DNA of 64,000 nucleotides. Source: Pocillopora damicornis (lineage: Eukaryota). The DNA lies in contig NW_020846166.1 of the NCBI RefSeq assembly GCF_003704095.1, positions 186,001-250,000 on the forward strand. Direction: 5' to 3'. The notes under the pieces were generated by a model. It was not told the DNA's origin and made no database searches. It saw only the letters and a program-made list of their open reading frames with translations. Each line of letters opens with the position of its first letter. The stretch's first letter is position 1. This document shows positions 14,401 to 26,572 of this stretch, in pieces. The position numbers and the translations under genes were made by a program.

Positions 14401-17400
14401 TGAAGATTTTTACAAATTATGATTATTACTCACAAGCGTCTTAACTTTGTTTGCCCGGCAAACAGTCTTTCAGGTAACGTCTTGATGTAGTTGTTTCCCA
14501 GCCAGCTGTGAAATTATTAGCATTAGTATGACTTCCATTATTTTTACCAAATGAAGGAAACTTAAAAACAAAGCGGGATTCGCAACTATTTGGTGGCGTA
14601 GTCTTCACTAATTCAGGATAGTAAAACGAGGTCCTGAAATGAGTGATATTCTTATTGACGACATGAAAGTTTCCTAATATTTAAAAAATTTCCATGTGAT
14701 TAACGCATGAAAGCTTTTATGTATTGCTTATTATGAGTCTGAAAAGCCCAAGATATCTAGTCTCTCAGTGTATACTAATTCACATTGTAATTCCTTACAA
14801 TATCGAAAAAAGTTTGAGTTGTTAAGGAAAAAAGTGTAAATAAAGTGACCCAGATACAGAAACCCGTTAGGAAAATCGAAACCAAACCTGGGTGGGGGAG
14901 GAGAGGGGAGGGAATTGATGTTGTAGCAAGTCTCACAGCACTTTACTCACAGATCATTAAATTTATGGTCCTTGAATAGATCAAATGGCAGCTTCTCCAG
15001 TTTGTTGAAATCCAGGGTTCTGTGTTGGAAAATACTTTCATTTCATAGACTGTTACATAAATGTTTCTTATTGTAATTAGATGAATGACTGTGTATGAAT
15101 ATATGAAAAATATTTTGTAAACTGATTAGGAAATAAATATGAATGTAATGAACGTAATAGTGAAATTCAGGCTTGTACGGGATTTTTAGCCTGTGACCAT
15201 TGTGATACTGGTTCAGTGCCCTACCAGCTGAGCCACTGTTATGATGGCGGTTCGTAATACACCCGTGAAGTGATGAATCAAAATCTACGAGTATGTGAAA
15301 TCATATATGCGAACTGCGGATTCACCCTTATTAAACTGATGACCGAAATTTGATATCAGCAATTCGCAAAAAACGTCACGGGATGCTAGTAGAGATTATA
15401 CCCAAGACAACTCAAATTAGTAAGGAAAAGACCCAAAGAAACCGATCATTTTATAGATTTTGGTATCAAAGGTCTGCACCTTGTTTTTAATCAAGGTTTC
15501 TTTATTTATGAATATTCATTCATGACGCCCACTTACAAAGTTACCTTTCTAAGATCACCATTATATTTTGAAAAGTTTGGAGCTGATGTGGATTAAATAT
15601 ACAGGTTTAATAAAATTAAGCTTTCCGAGATTATGGATTATAGGAATTGCGTTTTCAGCTCATTTGCAATTTTGCGGAACGGTACAGCTCCAGGTGTGCT
15701 TTGAAATATCAGTTAGTATGATCACTTATCCCAAGGATAAATAAACCTCTTACTTACAGGTTTTGAAATGTGGACCACGTTGACCTCCGAGGTAGTTGAT
15801 CAGAGGACAAATTCCTTAAGTTGTTGTTGTCCAGGAATCTGTAGAGTTAGCAAGAAAACCACAAGAGTCAAATTGGTCGACGTCATATCCACTAATGTAC
15901 AGTTATTATTAGGAGATAAAGGGACTTGCCATAAAATCAGGCACTTCACTGACTTTAACAAAGGAAGTTCCTGGTCACTCAAAGTAATAGTTTTGTGTTA
16001 GTTGGTATGAGCAGAGAAACAGATCCTACATTTTGTGAGTAGGCTCCTGAATTGATAGGTGACATAGATTGGGAGAATTACCTGAAATATACCAAATGGA
16101 ATAAGTTGAGGAGGAGAGTGCAGTAGTAATCCAAAGAGTACCTTTGTGAACGAAAGTTACTCTCTGGCAGAAAAGATACCGTCTTCGGGTCGATTATGAC
16201 AAGTTGACCTCTGTTCTAAGATTCTCGCTTTTCTTCTTTTGTTTTTTCAGTTTAATTGCCCCGTCATAAATTTTTAGACTCACAAAGGCACATGATATCA
16301 AAAAGCATTAGGCGCGATAATTAGTAATCATAGTTTAAGGCTTTTAAGATGAAGAATTGATTTCCTTCCATTCGAAAAACCGATTTTATGATTCTTAAAG
16401 AAAGCCTTGAATGTGATCTCAATTAGATCGCGCGAAAAAGGGTTTTGTGAATACTAGTCCCCTCATCCGTACTTTGAGGAAGATAAAAATGCGTAGATCA
16501 TCGTTTCAGCATTAGCACACTTCACGCAGCCCTTGGTTCGGAAATGAAATGAATGACGAGAAGTAGAGGAGTGCGGAAACAGAATGGATCGACCAAATAA
16601 ACTATTCAGAGCGTAAGAGCAATTTTCGAAAATTTGGGAAATAAGCTTTAGATTTCCCTTTAACACGAAACTGGGTAAAGCTGCTATCATATGAAAGTCA
16701 GAAGTTACGGATTCCACATTTAAGGCATTCATTATGACATAGAAGTCTATAGGATTTCCTAATAGATGGAACAAACATTCTGCTTACAGCTCTGAAAGCA
16801 TTATGGATTGATTGAAAACTCCTGAAGGTAATTGCTCCAGTTGGTTAGAGGACAAGTCACTGCAGAAGCAGAAACAAGAGGAAGACAAAGTTATCAATAT
16901 CACAAATTCACTGTTAATCATTTTGAAGCAAAATTATTTTTTTTAATTAATGTATTGTGAATTCAATGGAATGATAGGGTGAGGTATTCAATTAGAAATG
17001 ATTTTATATTATTTTGACGACTCAAAGGCCCAAATGGATCGAAAACGAGGAATATGAACATGTTGTTTAGAAAAAATCGACCATGGTACATATAATTATA
17101 TGCAAGCACACTTAAAAAAAAACCCACGATCAATCCAAATTTACAGACAATTCAAGGAACGTCAATTGAAAGACCAATAATTGAATGATATTAGATACTT
17201 ACAGTTTCGTTAAGTTGTAAAGTGGATCGAATAATCCTGAGGGCAAATCCTCCAACTCATTGTTAGACAGGTCCCTGTTTCCAATTAACATTCATCAAAA
17301 ATAAACGTGAGCTTATAAGTGCCACCCAAATAATATGTTTGACCCAATTGAATCATTTTCGAAGCTGCCTCATCAATAATTCTCGTTAAATCAAGACATG

Positions 17401-20400
17401 AGCAACGCATGTTGTGGACAAGATCAAAAGGAAAGAACAATGTTACGCACTCTGGTTATTGTAGGCATAACTTGTAGCTTGAGAGGAAACAAACATACAA
17501 TGTAACATACTCGACGGAACAAGTTTCAAAACGACATGCATGGGGCAATTTTATTGTAATGTAGGGTTGACACTGCGGCACTCTTATCCCTCTCAATGGC
17601 TACCACTTTCCTGTAACATGCTTTCCATAGTTCAAGGTGCTCCAAGGTGAATTATTTGCTCCTCAAGAAAGGGGAGTCAAATCTCATTCCAAAAGCTACT
17701 GTTGCAAAAATGTTCCTCTTTTTGTATGTGTACAGCCCCAAACTAGTTACCAATAGGATTTCTGCCTCCGTAAAAATATATGATTAACAAATATTCACCG
17801 AAAAGGAGGTGATTCGTGGTGAATATTTACCTCGCCGCTTTGCGGTCAGGAAATATAAACCACTTTTACAAGCACTGATCAAAAATGAAATTGCTGACGC
17901 GCGATTTTGTCTCTTCGGCTCCTCTGAGGTGAATATTTCTTGCTAATCACTTTCGAAGCAGCCAATCAGGGCGGACACAACTCAAAGCACTTCGACTTCA
18001 GTTTGACATGTTTTTGAAGTCAAGAACTTTCCGTAGTGCACGTTAAAAATCCATTTCCCGGGGCGGTTACAAAAAGTTCATGGGAAGGTACCGTATTTTA
18101 GTGCAAAAAAACGAACTTACTAGACCTTACAACCGCTTGGCCGTGGAAGTCTGGGTACGTGACTAGTGAAGGCAATAATGGGGTACGATTAGCCCACAAT
18201 ATCTCTTAATCAAGCGCGGTGATCTATCATTTTAACTGTAGTTTTTGAAGTAGAAACTGGTAAGGAACATTTATCGAAACTATAACTTTGTTTCTGAGGA
18301 ATCACCTGAAATGGAACGAAAATGACAAGATAAAGAAATTGCTTGAACACTGTTGAGGGAAAAAGTAAACATGTTGGAATGTTTTTGATAAATTCATTTA
18401 AACTGGCCGGTACCGCAGTTTTTCTGTTCGTTTGTTGAAAACAACCTCCACTCATATCTAATCAGTGGATTAAAAACAAACCAAAAAGCCGGGAACTATT
18501 TTGTGTTCTTAAATTCGAGCACATCTGGGAAATTCTTTGATCGTTATATCTAAGAAACTTAACTTAATTCATTAGTTTCCTCCAGATCAGGTTGTTTGTA
18601 AACTACGTACTTACAGTTTTACTGTAGCTCTCGGAATGTTCTGTGGAACTGATGTTAGCCGTTTTCTTTCACAATCAACATGTATGCCCTTCATGTTACC
18701 TTTCAGAACTGTGCATCGACATGGTTCAGGACAGCCTAGAAAAAAATGATAGGATATTGACTAATTTTGATGTTTGGACACGTCACCTAAATGAGCTCCA
18801 GAATGCTTTTTTTTAATTAAGAGTTCGCTCTGGTTATGAAAATTTTGCAGTCGAGTTATTAATGAATATGAAAGGCTTTTTGTTCGGCTGCCTTTTTGAC
18901 TTGTAGTCAAGTTATTTATGAACTTCCGCGCTGATTTCATCTTGCAGTAAAATAATTGTTGGGGTTTATTTCGGGTTGCGACTTGTTGTCTCGATCAGAT
19001 GAATTTTTTATATCTTCTATGGTTTGAGCTCTTAGATTGATAAAATAATTTGCGAGTCTATTCGGTAGAGCTTTGAATTGCTTTTGTAAACAAAGTTAAT
19101 TGGTTTCATGAACTAGAGAAATTTTTAGTTGGGCATCATCTACAATTCTAGTAAATGGTAAGGTAATGAAGCTATTATCCAAATTTACGTGTACCTTAGC
19201 CTCCCTTGGAGTAAAATGGTAACTTGACAGACTTACTCTCGAAAACGAGACTGATATATTTCCTCTTCAACTGACCATGGCTTTCCACCTCGCAGCTGTA
19301 GTTTGTATTCCTTTCTTCATTAGTAACGTTGATTAGAAGTCGAACACTCGTGCTATTTTGCACAACAGCGCCATTCTTTCTCCACACAATGCGAGGAGCC
19401 GGTCCACCTTCCGCCGGGCACCACAAAGATGACGAATGGTTGAGCAGGACAAACTGAGTCTGTGCGTCTTGACTCAGACCTGCAGGAACTAGAACAAATT
19501 CAAAAGGATTTGTGATTTCCGCTAAATCATGAAAGCAGGACACATATAAAAACAGAACGCTCAATGACCTACCTTTTTTATTTGCTGCTCTTCCCTCATA
19601 GTAATTATGGTAAAATAACCAGTATCTGCCCGATGATGAAAATCTTAACCACATGTAATGTCCGCTGGATCGGCGGATTAAAGACTTAATGTATCTTCCA
19701 CAAAATACACCTAATAGATTGGCAGACTGATTATAACCATCGCGAATCTCAAGATATTCGTTATCAGCACAAGGTACTCCCGAAAAATAGGAAGGCAGCA
19801 TAAATGACAATGTTATTTCAACATATTCGCCTCTTGCCACTGGAGGTTGGGTTTTTTCAAGGTATAGGATATACTGTTTAGAGCGTACTTTTGTTATTAT
19901 TGCAACTGAAATATATAACATACCTATGTTAAGGAATACTTGTGTACACATAGACACGTGATTAACTGGAATTTGTTATATCTTCCAAACTCAAATACGC
20001 TTTCCGATTGGAGGAGAACTTGTCACTTGCCATGGGTCAAAACTCACTAGTTCCTTAAAGAAACTTCGACTCGCGTGGGATCAGATAGTGTATCTTGAGA
20101 CCTTGTCAAGTTTTCATGGCAACACGCAAGAAGAAAAGAGTTTTTGGCAGTCATTGCTCCAATATTGAGAGTATAACCAAACTGACAAAACGCTCGACCA
20201 CACGCTCCATATAGGGTTTTGGGGAAACAAAACTTACTGAAAAAGGCTACCAAAAAAGGCTAATTCATACGACGCATTTTGATCTTTTGCAAAAGCTTGC
20301 GTAGAAGATGAGGACTGCAATTAACCACACTTTTTTGCAAAAAAGTAGTCGTCCAAATCCTCCTCGAGTGATCTTAATATATTATATATGTTATTGTGTT

Positions 20401-21143
20401 TTCTATTTTCACATATTTGGAAAAAATTACCCACTCGCGTTAGCAATACTGCTGACTCGCACTATTACGAATTAGTCCAGTGGTCAGTACACTGGGCTCT
20501 TAGTCGGACGACCCGGGTTCTAGTCCTGGCCGGGGCAAGGCGGTGTGCCATTGAGACGTGTGGGAAATGCTTTTAAGCTTGGCTAAATCTATATATTACG
20601 AATTTAAAACAGTTTTTTAACGCTAACGACTAATTTGTCATGTGGTCGTGGGAGGACAAATTACTAAAGGACGTAAGAGATGTCCCAATTGTAACAAAGA
20701 AAAACTCTAGCTTCGAAATTAATATCAAAACCATATGGCATTATGATATTTCGGTGAGATTGCACTTAAAACACCCTAGGTCTGGTTAGTGTTTTAGTTC
20801 TGATTACTTAGCATTATTTTAAAATAGGGATTATGGGAAAGTAGTATCCTAATTTTTTTTTTGCACTGAAAATTCATCCGCAAAGTTAAACAGATGTTTT
20901 CCTCATGAAAGTGGCAAAAAATTTACATACAACTAATACGCCATTATGAACCGGTATAACTACCCCTCGGTAAACGAAAGGAAATGGGTATAGGATAATC
21001 TTTTGCGGAAAAGCTGGCATCGATACGAGAATAACAACAGTTCTTTGTCCCATCTGATGAAATTTGAACTCAGCGTCTTAATTCAATACAAACGTTGACT
21101 TACCTAAAAGAACGATGAAAATCCACATACTCTTGATAGACAT
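8437..21143 (-). CDS. Orphan leucine-rich-repeat class A GPCR (GRL101/relaxin-receptor-like 7TM) with signal-CUB-Ig-LRRNT-11xLRR ectodomain, about 1005 aa, about 20 coding exons
   Basis: Exons: 21143-21104 (signal), 21053-20964 and 19839-19573 (CUB: YLEIRDG, FCG, MWLRFSS), 19488-19237 (Ig: CPAEGGPAPRIVW...YSC), 18735-18615 (LRRNT CPEPCRC). Eleven phase-2 LRR exons: 17274-17203, 16859-16788, 15838-15758, 15019-14951, 14505-14434, 14021-13950, 13223-13152, 12746-12675, 12066-12001, 11633-11559, 11298-11227. Then 10931-9983 (hinge CCH...C plus 7TM: LAVSDGLMGVYL, SADR, FFIILTDCICWMP, NPILY) and tail exons 9375-9294, 9098-8793, 8552-8437. The 5'-most exons are less certain, and an exon could be hidden in the gap. 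Confidence 0.88.
11871..11970. other. Assembly gap (100 N) inside a GPCR intron
   Basis: Run of N. Confidence 1.
20472..20575 (+). mobile_element. tRNA-derived SINE-like 5' fragment
   Basis: A-box-like TAGTCCAGTGG and B-box-like GGTTCTAGTCC with tRNA spacing; no full cloverleaf. Confidence 0.5.
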
Positions 21144-22444
21144 CTTCCCTAATGAAAGCCGTATATTAGACATTGCCCTAGACGTGCTCATAAAGTTAGG
21201 GAAATAAAACCATATAATTTCAGAAAAAAAAAATGCAACTTGTAATGTTGTGTCTTCATCTGCTTTCTCGAAACAATTTAAATTATGATAATGTATTTCA
21301 TTCCAGAAAGAAGTTACATGTCTTCATGTTTAGAGACTGATCGACTTTGTGGTATTCTATAAGAAACATTTCCGTTCTTAGACAAGAAGCAATTACAACA
21401 GGAAAAATGAAATTCTTCGTTTGTTGCTTTTGTAATATATATATCTCTCGTTTCTCCATTTTGTTTTTTGTTTTTTTTTCTTATTCCATCTGCATATTTT
21501 ATCACATATTTATTTATAAAACCCTCACAGATGTTACAAGCCGGTAAGTTCTATTCGTAAATTATAAACGTCACAACAGTCTCGTAAATTTATCCCTCAG
21601 AAACTTTGAATAATTTGAAATTTCGGAACTACCGTTACTTAGAATCAAACTGTCGATTCCTTCCATTTCATTTTCACATTTTTTTATCAAATGCTCCGTT
21701 GTTTTTAGCTTTTTCTACTCAAATGTATGAAAAACATTTTGGGAAACGCTAAAATTATGGGAAGAACCCTTGCAAAATATATTTTGTACTAATTATTTCT
21801 CTCTGTTAATTTTTCCCCAATTTTTTTTGCTGTTTGGTTCGTTGTTTCAGTTTTTTAATAGTCCCTTTTAGGTTGTTCCATGCTCCTGTCGCTAAATTTG
21901 CGCGAGCTGATCAAAACCTAAACTGTTCACATAAGATGCTTATAGAGATAAATTCATTTCTGGTTCATATTTTGTGAATCACCTTACTAACTTGCCTCGT
22001 TTAAACCAGATAAATAAATTAAAAAAAACCAACAAAGCACATGTAACAAACAACATGAGTCACTTACCTGAGGGGCAAATATCTTACGAGTTATCCCTCA
22101 GCAAGTGTCTTTCCAGGTCGCAATTACCATCGCACGACAATTTCTGTTTAGATCACTCGGAGAGAATAATAACTCTTACAGATGTTTCAAGCTGTTGCTG
22201 TCATCTTATGAAGCGTGAAGTTACTAGTATCTAATTTATTCATGTGAAGTTGGACTCAATTTTATCATGTATTTATTTCAAAATAAAAATATCATGTTCT
22301 TGTGCAAAAATTAACATTGAGTGACATTGAAAAAGATCACAACAGACTTTGTTTGTATCATACTCGCTTGACTCCACTTATGTATCACCCACAACAATGG
22401 ACATCTGTTCACGCGCTCGTGAGGTATTTCGAATGAAGTCTTAT

Positions 22445-22531
22445 TGGTATGGATACAAATCGACCGGCGTTTCAGGTACGAGCCGACTAAAACTGGCTAC
22501 GAATCTACTGAATGTGGCTACGAAACGACCG
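22445..22531 (+). repeat. Degenerate short tandem repeat (unit like G(G/C)TACGAA-N-CGAC) abutting an assembly gap
   Basis: ggtacgagccgact / ggctacgaatctact / ggctacgaaacgacc immediately before the N-run. Confidence 0.5.
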
Positions 22532-22631
22532 NNNNNNNNNNNNNNNNNNNNNNNNNNNNNNNNNNNNNNNNNNNNNNNNNNNNNNNNNNNNNNNNNNNNN
22601 NNNNNNNNNNNNNNNNNNNNNNNNNNNNNNN
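22532..22631. other. Assembly gap (100 N)
   Basis: Run of N. Confidence 1.
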
Positions 22632-22814
22632 AGAAAGTTCACGCAACAATAGTTTATTGTTAAAATGCCGTTGAATCTTTTGCCACCACGAAGCAATCCG
22701 AGGAACTTTGTGAATGGGTGGACGTCGTGATCTGGGGTAAACTGAGTTGAGAGTGCATTTCTGCGAAAGGAATTTTTAAAATATAAGCATTTCTTATCAT
22801 CCTATTAAATGCTC

Positions 22815-25800
22815 TTATGCCGCTCTCTCGCCCACTTTGACGATGCCGAAATCACCGACATACCTCCTTCGATAGGTGGGTGTTAATCTTCCTATCATAC
22901 GCGAATCTTTATCAAGGAAAACCTTAGTCCGCTTATCATAAAAGCTTGCCTCAGTAAGTGATTTAAGTCGTCTATTTTGGCAGTATTTGTTGTGACTTTT
23001 TCGCACTTAAAACAAATCGCACAGCTATTCTTTGGGAAACGATAATTTTTAAAAAAATATCGTGACAGAAGTTGAACAACATATTAGTTCAAGTCTTAAA
23101 ACGATAAAGAAGTGGAAAGCTGTAGTAATTTATTCTATTCTTATCCAAGAGTTGCATGAGTTTAGCTGTTAGGTAAAGAGGAATTTAATGACTTTAGAAT
23201 CATCCCGAATTCCTTTCGTATTGTCACTTGATCAAATCCAAGTAACTGGCAATCAATAACAGTAAGCTAAGAAAAGCTTAAATCCACCAAGGAACTTCAT
23301 GTATTTAGATTCCTCGTAAAATTATTTCTCACGTTTCCTTTGCAAGCTTTGAATTTCTTCTTTGATGAGTTTATGAAAATCCATGAATGTTTCATGTTAA
23401 TAACTTGTAATTGAGTTTTTTATGCAAAGAAATTGTTTTTTTTATTTTCACTGCTGCAAAATTTTGGGTTGCATAATAAACATCAGATCCCACTCAAATA
23501 AGTTGGCTTTTTGTATCGACAAGACTTGTAAATCATCCGATTTTTGCCGGTTTCCGTTGCTTAATTGCGTTTAATAATTCTCCATGCGGTCTCAGCTCCT
23601 GTCTTCCTCGCCAATAAAAACACTTTCTTCATGGCCTACATGAATGAATATTTTTAACTTAATTTACGACCGGTACATTTTTGTAGACCACTTCCTCTAA
23701 AACAAGCCAATTAGACTGAGGTTAATGAGGGTAAAAATTTGCGATTAAATCTGAATACACCTATTATTGTTCCCGAAACCCCGATTGATCTACAGTTAAT
23801 CTGGTGCCTTTGCTATTGCGGATAAAATATGTTTCAAGTGAAGATATAAAAATAAGCAATTGAAGAGGAATTAATCATATTAAGAAATATGTAGAGATCT
23901 GTTGTTTCGATTAATGGACGAGAATTTATTTTGCTATCAGTATTGAGTACTTTATAATTGGCTGTCACCTAAAAGCTTATTTATACATGAAAGACATTTA
24001 TATGTCATTAAACATTTGAACCAACTAAACTGAGAAGACTAAAACTTACATACTGACTTTGAATGGGTTTATTGGTACAAAATTATTCTAACTAGGTAAA
24101 CAACTAAAAGTTAAAACATGCTTTAAAAACTCCGCCATGCAAAAATGAATATAGCAATCTCCTAGTCCATCAAAGATCATGACCTTGAGTTTTTTCTATG
24201 GAAAAAATATATAATTAAGAATAAATGAGGGGCATTCAAAATAAGATATTCATTTAAGGTCGAACACAGCATGAAATTGTCTCCGGCAAACTCGATAAAA
24301 AGAAATGCCTTCTAATGCCATCGACAGGCATTATCTGTGTTGATCTAATAAAAACGAAGCATCTATGGAGTTGGAAGAAGGTACGAGAACTTCATCTTGG
24401 TTAATCCAGGTGTAATTGGGTCGGGCCTGTGATTGGATATATATGCCATCGTATATCACTTAGAGATCAGTTCTATTTCTCCAACGACACTGAACAGATC
24501 ATAGAGAGAACCTTTCCACCTAACTTTAGACTTCATCGCCCAATTGTTATTCAAGATTGTCAGAATGAGGAAAGTATTCAGTCTACTCTGTCTCACTGCT
24601 GTGTTACATCTATCAGGTAAGGAATACGACAGCTTCTTTTAAAACGCTATGCGTACATAACGCGTCGAATTTTGCAGGATTCAAAGCACAAGATTCTTGC
24701 GTCGAGAAATTAATAATGAAATAGTGCTTTTGAAAATTTTCTTGTGGTATTTAGCTGCACAAATACCTTTTCGCTTCACAATTTCGGAAATGTGCTATCC
24801 GTTCTGGAAGTCTGCGTAACGGCATTAGACCGAGTAAAAAAAAATATTCACCTCTTACTTGAATTCTATAGCTGCTCAGGAAGTCATTATTATATTTGAA
24901 CCATCAGTTTTGGAAACGCAAACTTTTCTTGGGCCTAAAGCCAACAGAAACATGTGGTCGACCTTAAATCTCTTGTTTTAGGTACTTGATGCTGATGTTT
25001 TGTTTACCTTTGATGCTTATGTAGTGCTTGCCTGTAAAAATGCAGATGATTTTGCGACCTTTAATCCGGTATTTGCTAATTTTATTGTTTAGTTCCTGAT
25101 ACGCAAAAGTATGTTTCCGCAACAAAAGATAAAAATCTTACCGACTAAAAACCTCAACAATTACAGTAAAAGCCCTCACCTCCGAACCTTTATCCTCCAC
25201 GAGGCTTAAATTTACTCTGTGTAACTCAGAAAAGTTTGTTGACAATGAATTTCTCCACTTTTTATGGTTCTGCTTCACTAACAGAAAAATCGCGAGTGGG
25301 AGATCCCCGGAGAAATCTCAGTCCTCCGAAATGGAAAAAAAATTATTCCCTTGAAACACAAAAACTCTATTTCACAGAACGAAAGCCCTACCCAGTGTTC
25401 ATGCTATACGATAGGGAATTTGTAAAAAAAAATGTGATTTCTGATTTGTCGAGGGTCACGTGCTGTAGTTATAGAATTTTGGTTGTCTAGCAGTCGAAAA
25501 TAATCCGAGATCTCTGTATTTTTTTGCGTTACCTCACTCTGTGATAGGTTCAGAAAACTCGCGCCACTTTCTCCACCAATCACATTCAAGACAAAAATCA
25601 ATCGCGACATGTAACGTTTTTCCGCGCGTTTTTTCATTGATTTACGATCGCCTCTTTGCAATCCATCTTTTCTATGTTGATTTTTGCGATTACTTTGGTC
25701 TTTGTTTTACGACATTCAGTCGAAATGCACTCGAAATATATCCTTTTCCAATGTCTTCCTAGGTTCCTACCCATTTTGCGCGCTATTTTCACGTCATTAT

Positions 25801-26541
25801 TCGTCTCGGCTTTCGTTCCGCCGACTTAAAGGAGGAGGAAAATAAAAATAATAAAAATAATGATAAAAACAAACGAACAAAAACAACAACAACCGTGTAT
25901 GAAAAAGGGAAAATCTTACTGGTGTGATTTGATAATACACGCAGATGCATATCATCTTTTATTTCCCTATTACTTGCAGTTTCCGGAGAGAAGCTGGAAC
26001 CCGTTAAATACAGAAAATTGTCGTGCGGTCTGCGTTACTTTCTTTGGCCAAGCTGCTCAGACCCTAGCTCCTTGCAACAGAAGGTCTGTGGAAGCGACAA
26101 TAAAACCTATGCATCGTTTTGTGCCTTCAAAGTCGCCCGGTGCTATGCCAAAAAAGACTACAATACCAAATTAACTCTTCAATACAAGGGGGAGTGTGGA
26201 AAACCAGAATCACCCAGAATGACCTTAACGAAGGATAGTCGGAGAAATGGACCGTTTGGTTGCCCGATTTTAAGAAAGTGCGACGAGTTTAAAGGTGATC
26301 TCTCATGTGGCAGCGATGGACGGATTTATATGAATGATTGTCACTTGAATTATACGAAGTGCCGGGGGAAGAAATTCCTGAAGCCCATGCCTTTAGGTAA
26401 GCAAACTACTATCCATTCTATCCATACTAAAATCCATTCGTTAGAGGACCAATATCATAGGACAAAATACTTCTAGTTTTCCATTTCACCGAGTTCTGAA
26501 CGTGAATACATGACCCATCTTGGCCGCATGCGTTTATAATG

Positions 26542-26572
<31 letters not shown>

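Noticed and set aside
15537-15582. Possible extra GPCR exon (CAG...GTAAGT)
   Set aside because: 46 nt long, which would break the phase-2 LRR chain
16463-16774. 103-aa ORF with an LRR-like FHLLGNPI, in frame with the preceding LRR exon
   Set aside because: Separated from it by the TAA of the GTAAG donor, lacks its own usable acceptor, and the flanking LRR exons join cleanly without it
22445-22531. CRISPR-like repeat-spacer array
   Set aside because: Eukaryotic context, degenerate short units with no unique spacers, and no cas genes
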